Below are positions 57,861 through 64,000 of a DNA stretch of 64,000 bases, piece by piece. Source of the DNA: Longimicrobiales bacterium (lineage in GTDB: Bacteria > Gemmatimonadota > Gemmatimonadetes > Longimicrobiales > Gaopeijiaceae). Position numbers and translations under genes: made by a program. The stretch's first letter is position 1. Every line of letters begins with the position of its first letter. Under the pieces are notes generated by a model. It did not search any database. It had not been told where the DNA came from and was given only the letters and a program-made list of their open reading frames with translations. The stretch covers positions 2,912,001 through 2,976,000 of the forward strand of contig OZ220732.1 of the NCBI GenBank assembly GCA_965116905.1, in the 5' to 3' direction.

Positions 57861-59131
57861 GACGAAATCAGCGTCTCGACGACCTCGGCGCCGCTCCGGA
57901 CGGTCGCCGGAGACAGTTGCGCAGCCACCTCGGAGAGCGCGACGCCGTCAATGAACAGGCCGCCGTCGTTGAGGGCCTCGCCGGGCAGCAGAACGAGGTC
58001 TCCACTGGTGGATCCGGAAGCCGCCCGAAGGACGTCGGCGCCGGACAGAAGCCCCGCTATGGTCACGCTGGAGCCGAAGTACCGGTTCTCGACGGCGAGC
58101 ACCTCCACGGCGCATTCCATCCGCGTCGCGATCGAAGTCGACATGCGCTCGAAGAAGGGGCCCATCGACGTGCCGGTGACGATTCGCACGCGTTCCACCC
58201 CATCTGCGGGGGACAGGCGTCCCTTGCCCGTCTCGAACGCGTCCAGGAGCGACCTGAGCGCTCCGACCCCGTTTTCCAGCAGTGGCCAGTCGTCGTAGTA
58301 GTCGCCGGGTGGGACGTCCCTGCCCGCGATGAGGAAGAGTTCGTCCGCCGCGTAGCACCAATGGTGGCCGCGGCTCGCCAGCGCCCGTTGCCGGATCGCT
58401 TCGGTCTGAAGGATCGCGGTCTCGGCCTCTGCGGCGCTCAGAAGGCGCACCGGCCGGTTGAGGTTGTAGCGCGTCAGACCCACCGGCACGACCGACAGGC
58501 TCAGGACGCCATCGCCCAGCGCGTACAACTCCCGTATGGTGCGGTCCAGCTCCTGGCCGTCGTTCCACTGCGGACAGAGAACCACCTGCGTGTGCACCTG
58601 GAGTCCCGCATCCAGGAGCGTCGCCAGCTGTTCCATCAGCAGCCCCGCGCGCTCGTTCTTGAGAAGCCGGATCCGGACGGCCGGGTTGGTCGCGTGCACG
58701 CTGACATACAGCGGCGAGATGCGCTGGTCCACCAATCGCTGGAGACCGCGGGGACCGAGGTTGGTCAGGGTGACGTAGCTTCCGTAGGTGAAGGACAGAC
58801 GGAAGTCGTCGTCGCGCAGCCACAGCGGCTCGCGGGCATCCGGGGGGTTGCCGTCGATGAAGCAGAAGACGCACTCGTTCGCGCATTCGCGGATCTTGTC
58901 CCGCGCCGGCACGATCCCGAGGCGCTCGGAGGGGTCCCGAGAGATCTGGTAGACGATTGGACTGCCGTCCGGATCGACGGCCTCGAGCTCGATCTCGCTC
59001 TCGGCGGTTCGGAACATGAAATCGAGTCCGTCCCGGACCCGTTCCCCGTTCACCGTCAGGATCCGTGTCCCGATCCGAAGCTCAAGCGCCTCCGCGATCG
59101 ATCCCGGACCGATCTCCCCGATTCGTACCAA
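57857..59131 (-). CDS. DUF512 protein (PDZ + radical-SAM-like CxxxCxxC)
   Basis: CANECVFCFID, DDDFRLSF.YG.YVTLTN, SVHATNP, LENGVG. Confidence 0.9.
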   Translation of the reverse strand: MVRIGEIGPGSIAEALELRIGTRILTVNGERVRDGLDFMFRTAESEIELEAVDPDGSPIVYQISRDPSERLGIVPARDKIRECANECVFCFIDGNPPDAREPLWLRDDDFRLSFTYGSYVTLTNLGPRGLQRLVDQRISPLYVSVHATNPAVRIRLLKNERAGLLMEQLATLLDAGLQVHTQVVLCPQWNDGQELDRTIRELYALGDGVLSLSVVPVGLTRYNLNRPVRLLSAAEAETAILQTEAIRQRALASRGHHWCYAADELFLIAGRDVPPGDYYDDWPLLENGVGALRSLLDAFETGKGRLSPADGVERVRIVTGTSMGPFFERMSTSIATRMECAVEVLAVENRYFGSSVTIAGLLSGADVLRAASGSTSGDLVLLPGEALNDGGLFIDGVALSEVAAQLSPATVRSGAEVVETLISS

Positions 59132-59138
59132 CTGCCGC

Positions 59139-60014
59139 CTAACGGTGCCTGGAGAGCATCTCCTGGAAGAGGATGTGGCTCCGCACAGGCTCCCAGGTAT
59201 ACCTGGTGGAGAGGCTGTTCACGGTGACCAGAGTGGAACTCGCGATCAGGGGCTCGAGAAGTTCGACCGCCGCCTGTACGTCGCCGAGCTCGGCGTACGT
59301 CTGCGCCCAGCGGCGTTGCACGGCGGGGCGCTCGTCGTCGCTGACCGGCATGGACATCGCCTTCGCAAGCGCCTCGCGGGCGTCTGACGTGCGGCCCGCA
59401 CGGGCCAGATTGCGCGCGTACTGCCCCTGCCAGTTCGCCTGTGCGTCGGGGTCGGCGAATTCGAGGGGGTTGCGGTCCCAGGCAGAGACGAGTTCGCCCC
59501 ACAGAATCCGCGAATCGTGCAGGCGGCCGGCGACCCTGTGCACCCACGCCTTCTCCGCCAGGCAGGGGCATCGATACTCGGGATCCGGGTGGTCCGGCGC
59601 GAAATGGAGGATCATGTCGTCGAACTCGCCCCCGAGCAGAAGCGACGGGAAGTTGTTCGTCACCGACGCGATCTCCTGCGGCGTCATCCGGATCCGCTGG
59701 CGGGCCTCGCGAAACGCGCGTTGCATGCCGTTGGAGCCCCTCCCGGCGGCGAGAGCCTGGAAGATCATCTCGGTCACCCACGCATTGTCCGCCTGCTCGA
59801 GGGCGACCGTGGCCTTCTCCATCAATTCGCTTGCAGTAGAGAAGTCACCCAGAAGTCGGGCCGCCGAAGCGCCGCGAAGGACCGTGTTCACTTCGGCGCC
59901 CATCACTCGGGCCGACTCGATCCGGCGCGCAAGTTCCTCCGCGGAAGTCTGGGCAACGACCGGCGTGGCCGCCGCTAGAAACAACAGGCTGGCTACCAGT
60001 ATTCCACGGCGCAT
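59139..60014 (-). CDS. Secreted TPR-like helical hypothetical protein
   Basis: Signal peptide; TPR-like ARNLARAG..A, AQTYAELG..A; RBS GGAGG. Confidence 0.7.
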   Translation of the reverse strand: MRRGILVASLLFLAAATPVVAQTSAEELARRIESARVMGAEVNTVLRGASAARLLGDFSTASELMEKATVALEQADNAWVTEMIFQALAAGRGSNGMQRAFREARQRIRMTPQEIASVTNNFPSLLLGGEFDDMILHFAPDHPDPEYRCPCLAEKAWVHRVAGRLHDSRILWGELVSAWDRNPLEFADPDAQANWQGQYARNLARAGRTSDAREALAKAMSMPVSDDERPAVQRRWAQTYAELGDVQAAVELLEPLIASSTLVTVNSLSTRYTWEPVRSHILFQEMLSRHR

Positions 60015-60120
60015 TGTTCACCTCCGGCTGAGATTGAACCGCTCGGCGTCCTCGACGGATGCCTGCCTGACCCGTCCAAAGTAAGCCCGAACCGTGACTC
60101 GGCGCCACAGGCCAGGATCC

Positions 60121-60152
60121 CCGGCGGTCGGCTACCTGACCCCGACCGCCGG
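60121..60152 (-). terminator. GC-rich hairpin immediately downstream of tRNA-Gly
   Basis: CCGGCGGTCGG (60121-60131) / CCGACCGCCGG (60142-60152) perfect 11-bp inverted repeat; no U-tract. Confidence 0.5.
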
Positions 60153-60154
60153 CA

Positions 60155-60227
60155 AGCGGGAGACGGGACTCGAACCCGCGACCCTCAGCTTGGGAAGCTG
60201 ATGCTCTACCAACTGAGCTACTCCCGC
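60155..60227 (-). tRNA. tRNA-Gly(CCC)
   Basis: Minus strand GCGGGAGTAGCTCAGTTGGTAGAGCATCAGCTTCCCAAGCTGAGGGTCGCGGGTTCGAGTCCCGTCTCCCGCT; CCA not encoded. Confidence 0.96.
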
Positions 60228-60274
60228 GCGCGCCCCCGGGCCCCCGGTCCAGGCGCCCTGGCAGCCCGCAGACC

Positions 60275-61705
60275 CTAGCGTGGACTCACGACCTCGTAGT
60301 AGTACCCCAGGACGCTCTCCTCACTGGTAAGGTCGGCGCGGAACAGCTCGGCATTCCCCTGTGCCGGCGCGGTGACCCGGATATCGATCGCCCCGATTTC
60401 GGCACCGTCTTCGCCGTTGAAGTGCACGCGAATCGTCACAACGGCTCCCGGATCAAGGGTGTTGTTGACGAGCTGCCCGGAAACAGAGCCGCCGCCGGCC
60501 GTGCGAGGCGTAAGCTGACTTTCCTCGATTCGGAAGGCGAGCCCCTCCCGGGTCTGAAGTACTTGAACCGCCTCCTGGCTCTGATCGGTTTCAACGAGAC
60601 CCTGGGCCAGAATCGTATAGCTGTCGGGGTTGTAGCCGTCGAGTTCCAGGAGGTCTCGCGCAACGGGAATCAAGTCGTCCCAGTTGCCGGCCTCGTACAG
60701 CGACTGCGCCAGGTTGAACACCGCATCACGGTTTTCGGGCGCGACTTCGGCCACCTGCTGGAAGGCCTCTGCGGCGCGGCCGTACAGTACCGGGGCCTCT
60801 TCGGTGTCCGAAGCACTGGATGCGGCGCCATACAGTCCGACGCCGATATTGAAGAGTTCCCGCATGCCCAGATCGGCGGCCCCGGCCAGCAGGTTGTCGT
60901 AGATCGCCTGCGCGGAGTCGGGCATCCCCGCCTCGGACAGCACCGAGGCCAGGCTGGACAGCGCGCCAACATCGCCCGGATTCCCCTCGAGGAAGCGCTC
61001 GTATTCGCCGATCGCTTCGTCGTAGCGTTCCTGCTGACTCAACAACATCGCCCGGTTGAACGAGACGTTCATCTCACTCTGCGCCCAGCTGGCCGCGGTC
61101 ACACTGTCCGCCTCCTCCATCCGCGGTCCGCGGATGATGGCCAGCGCCGCGCCGAACGCCTCGATTGCGTCGTCGATCCGCCCGACCTGGTTGTACGTCA
61201 CCGCCAGATTGATCAGCGCTTCGGGGCGCTGGTCCGGGAAGATCGCCTCGGCGGCTTCCAGGAACCGTATGCCCTCGTCACTGTCGCCGGTGTCGAGCGG
61301 CTCGATCGCCGAATTGAAGAGTGCGATCCACGCCGTTTCCCGCTGGATGCGAACATCCTGCTCGTAGTCGGGATAGAGCTCCGTGGCCATTTCGAAGAGC
61401 GTGTCGGCGGCCACGTGATCGCCCAGGCCGATCTGTGCCCGGCCCGCCTGGTAGTAGCCAAGCGGGTTCGTGGAATCCCCCAGGATCGCCGCCATGGCCG
61501 CGGTCAGGGCTTGCTGGAACCGGGAGGGGTCCCCAAGCGTCTCCGCCTGGGTCAGGAACAACTCCGCACTCCTGGTGTCGTCGTTTTCCCTGGGAGGATT
61601 CCCTTCCTCTCCTCCTCCGCCCCCACCACCGCCGCCCGAAGCACAGCCGGAAAGCGCAAGCGCGGCGGCAACCGCCAAAGATAGTCCGAACCTGGACTTG
61701 TCCAC
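60275..61705 (-). CDS. TPR-repeat lipoprotein
   Basis: LSGC lipobox, poly-Gly linker, multiple TPR motifs, C-terminal beta domain. Confidence 0.82.
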   Translation of the reverse strand: MDKSRFGLSLAVAAALALSGCASGGGGGGGGGEEGNPPRENDDTRSAELFLTQAETLGDPSRFQQALTAAMAAILGDSTNPLGYYQAGRAQIGLGDHVAADTLFEMATELYPDYEQDVRIQRETAWIALFNSAIEPLDTGDSDEGIRFLEAAEAIFPDQRPEALINLAVTYNQVGRIDDAIEAFGAALAIIRGPRMEEADSVTAASWAQSEMNVSFNRAMLLSQQERYDEAIGEYERFLEGNPGDVGALSSLASVLSEAGMPDSAQAIYDNLLAGAADLGMRELFNIGVGLYGAASSASDTEEAPVLYGRAAEAFQQVAEVAPENRDAVFNLAQSLYEAGNWDDLIPVARDLLELDGYNPDSYTILAQGLVETDQSQEAVQVLQTREGLAFRIEESQLTPRTAGGGSVSGQLVNNTLDPGAVVTIRVHFNGEDGAEIGAIDIRVTAPAQGNAELFRADLTSEESVLGYYYEVVSPR

Positions 61706-61843
61706 GAGAACCTCCTGAGATCTTCCGAACCAAGCGCCCGCTCGCCGCAGCAACTCCGGAAAGCGGATGCAGCCAAGCAGGAAGTATATGGATCGGCGGG
61801 GTCCGGGTCAAAGGGCTTCGGGGCCTCGGGCGGCGAGGCACGC

Positions 61844-63691
61844 CTACCGGCTCGACCGCGTCAGATACGTCAGGATGCGCGCTCCCATGGCCTCGCTGAA
61901 CCCGGGGATGCGGCCGATCTCGGCGGGCGTCGCCTCCTTGACGCCCCGCAGGGACCCAAAGCGCGACAACAGCGCTCGCTGCCGGGCGGGACCGATCCCC
62001 GGAATGTCGCCCAATGCGGAGCGCACGGTGCGGCGCGAGCGGAGCTTCCGGTTGTAACGCACGGCGAACCGGTGGGCCTCGTCGCGGACCCGCTGCAGCA
62101 GATGGAGCGACCGCGCGGTCCGCGGCAACCGAAGCCCATCGCGGTCGCCCGGGCGGAAGACGACCTCCTCTCTCTTCGCGAGTGCCGCCAGCGCCACATC
62201 CCGGAACCCGAGCCCGGCGAGCGCTTCCCGTGCGGCGCCGAGCTGTCCGCGGCCGCCGTCGATCACGGCGAGGTCGGGCAGCGGATCCTCTCCATCCGCC
62301 AGCCGGGCAAAGTACCGGCGGACAGCTTCCGCCATCGATTCGTAGTCGTCGTTGCCCCTCCCCGCCTGGATTTTCATGTGGCGGTATCCCGACTTCTTCG
62401 GCTCCCCGTTCTCGAACAGAACCGCGCTGCCGACAGTCTCCGATCCCTGGATATGCGAAATGTCGAAGCACACGATCAGGCGCGGCACGACCTTCAGCCC
62501 GAGCCTGTCCTGAAGCTCGTAGAGCACGTCGTCGGTGCGCATCGGGGCAACCCCTCCCGTCCTGATACGATCTTCGATAGCATGGCGGGCGTTGGCGGTC
62601 GCAAGTTCGATCAGGCGCGCCTTGGCACCCCTCTTCGGCATGCGCACCACCACGCGACGGGCCGACTGGTCACTCAGGATCCTCTCCAGGAGGCCTCGAT
62701 CAGCAAAGTCCACGGGAAGGAGCACTTCACGCGGAAGCTCCTGGAGCGCACGGGAGCCGCTGGACAGGTAGGCATGGGACACCGACCGCGCGACGAGGTC
62801 CGCGTCGTCCTCTCCTTCGGTGCCCGTCATCACCTGGGTATCGCGGCCGATCAGGGTGCCATGGCGGAAACGCAGCGTCACGGCGGCGGCAATCCCCCCA
62901 TCCCTGGCGATGCCCAGGACGTCCTGATCCCCCCCGCCCACCTTCTCGACGCGTTGCTGGCGGGCGATGCCATCGAGCCCGGCGAGGACGTCACGCAACT
63001 GGGCCGCCCGCTCGAAGTCCATTGCGGCAGATGCCTTGTGCATCTGAGTTTCAACTTCTGCCTGAACCGAACCGACATCGCCGGCAAGGATGCGGACGAC
63101 CCGTTCGATCATGCCGCGGTAGTCCTCCTCGGTCTGGAGGCCGACGCACGGCGCGGCGCACCGGCCGATGTGATGATCCAGGCACGGCCGCGCCGGCGCT
63201 TCTCCCGGCAGGTCGTAGCGGCACGACCGCACACCGTGCACGCGCTTCACCAGCTCGAGCGCGCGGCGCACCCGCCCCACCGAGACGAAGGGTCCGAAAT
63301 AGCGGGATCCATCCTGGCGCACACGCCGGGTCACGTACGCTCGCGGGAAGGGCTCGTTGACCGTGACCTTGACGTACGGGTATCTCTTGTCGTCGCGGAG
63401 CTGGATATTGAAGCGCGGCTGGTGCTCCTTGATGAGATTGGCCTCGAGGATCAGGGCCTCCGCCTCGGAGCCCACGACCAGCGTGTCCACGGTGGCGGTC
63501 TGGCGGACCAGTTCGCGGGTCTTGATCTCCATCCCGCTCCCCTGGCCCAGATACGACCGCACGCGCAGGCGCAGCGCCTTGGCCTTCCCGATGTAGAGGA
63601 TCTCTCCCCGGGCGCTGCGGAACATATAGACACCCGGGCCGGCCGGGAGCCCCGCGACGTGGTGCAAATCGAAGGGGATGCCGCGCTTCAC
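61844..63691 (-). CDS. uvrC: Excinuclease ABC subunit C
   Basis: PGVY..YIGKAK GIY-YIG, LRDDKRYPY, FERAA.LRD, CFDISH, IDGGRGQL, RDEAHRFA, HhH IPGIG. Confidence 0.97.
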   Translation of the reverse strand: MKRGIPFDLHHVAGLPAGPGVYMFRSARGEILYIGKAKALRLRVRSYLGQGSGMEIKTRELVRQTATVDTLVVGSEAEALILEANLIKEHQPRFNIQLRDDKRYPYVKVTVNEPFPRAYVTRRVRQDGSRYFGPFVSVGRVRRALELVKRVHGVRSCRYDLPGEAPARPCLDHHIGRCAAPCVGLQTEEDYRGMIERVVRILAGDVGSVQAEVETQMHKASAAMDFERAAQLRDVLAGLDGIARQQRVEKVGGGDQDVLGIARDGGIAAAVTLRFRHGTLIGRDTQVMTGTEGEDDADLVARSVSHAYLSSGSRALQELPREVLLPVDFADRGLLERILSDQSARRVVVRMPKRGAKARLIELATANARHAIEDRIRTGGVAPMRTDDVLYELQDRLGLKVVPRLIVCFDISHIQGSETVGSAVLFENGEPKKSGYRHMKIQAGRGNDDYESMAEAVRRYFARLADGEDPLPDLAVIDGGRGQLGAAREALAGLGFRDVALAALAKREEVVFRPGDRDGLRLPRTARSLHLLQRVRDEAHRFAVRYNRKLRSRRTVRSALGDIPGIGPARQRALLSRFGSLRGVKEATPAEIGRIPGFSEAMGARILTYLTRSSR

Positions 63692-63697
63692 GCTGGT

Positions 63698-64000
63698 CTA
63701 CCTCCGACGCCGGTTCCCGAGTTTCAGGGCCGAGAACCCGAGCCGGTGGGTTCCGAGCAGGTAGATCGCGGCCACGGGTCCGATCGTGGCCGCTGCCTCG
63801 ATGATCGGACCCACGGGTGGCAGTGCCGCGCGGATGGCCAGTCCCGCTCCGACCGCAACCGCCGTCACGAGAAGGTAGACGCGCACGTGACGCCCACCCA
63901 ACGAGATCCCCGAGAGGCGCCCCCCCACCGCCCGGCGGAGGAGCAGGAACTCGAGCCACGCGCCCGCAGTCGCTCCGGCGGCGAGACCGGCGGCGCCCAT
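63698..64000 (-). CDS. murJ: C-terminal part of a lipid II flippase MurJ-like protein (partial)
   Basis: G.AGLA.G...GAWLEFLLLRR plus two further TMs; truncated by the window edge. Confidence 0.65.
   Translation of the reverse strand: MGAAGLAAGATAGAWLEFLLLRRAVGGRLSGISLGGRHVRVYLLVTAVAVGAGLAIRAALPPVGPIIEAAATIGPVAAIYLLGTHRLGFSALKLGNRRRR

Overview
High-GC bacterial chromosome segment. Gene content and order suggest Gemmatimonadota, which is an inference. The window appears to span the replication terminus. A 28-bp dif-like XerCD site lies at 17977-18004, core operons on both sides are transcribed toward it, and KOPS-like GGGCAGGG motifs mostly switch strand there. Left arm (+): a tightly coupled ~18-kb run of kdsA-kdsC-kdsD-lptC-(OstA/LptA-like)-lptB-rpoN, then a transmembrane glycosylation cluster (GT2, wecB, GT4, YfhO-like GT-C, flippase-like, polyprenol-P-mannose synthase), an acyltransferase, proline dehydrogenase and a serine hydrolase. 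Middle (18-52 kb): accessory genes, namely secreted/lipoprotein peptidases, a CDF transporter, a polar amino-acid ABC transporter with an embedded metallohydrolase, tRNA-Arg(CCT), Cus-like heavy-metal RND efflux, an ABC-permease/M1-peptidase fusion, a serpin fragment and several frameshifted genes. Right arm (-): murJ, uvrC, TPR proteins, tRNA-Gly(CCC), DUF512, der, plsY, gpsA, MerR-like, surE and DUF368. Two observations stand out. (1) The LptA-like protein carries arrays of Bacteroidota-type D-[ST]-[AILMTV] O-glycosylation sequons (8 at exact heptad spacing) and lies in the same coupled gene run as a polyprenol-phosphate/GT-C glycosylation machinery. (2) A phage baseplate-J-like domain is inserted into a DUF368 undecaprenyl-phosphate translocase. 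No CRISPR array, integrase or transposase was seen. All family assignments are by-eye motif recognition, not database searches.
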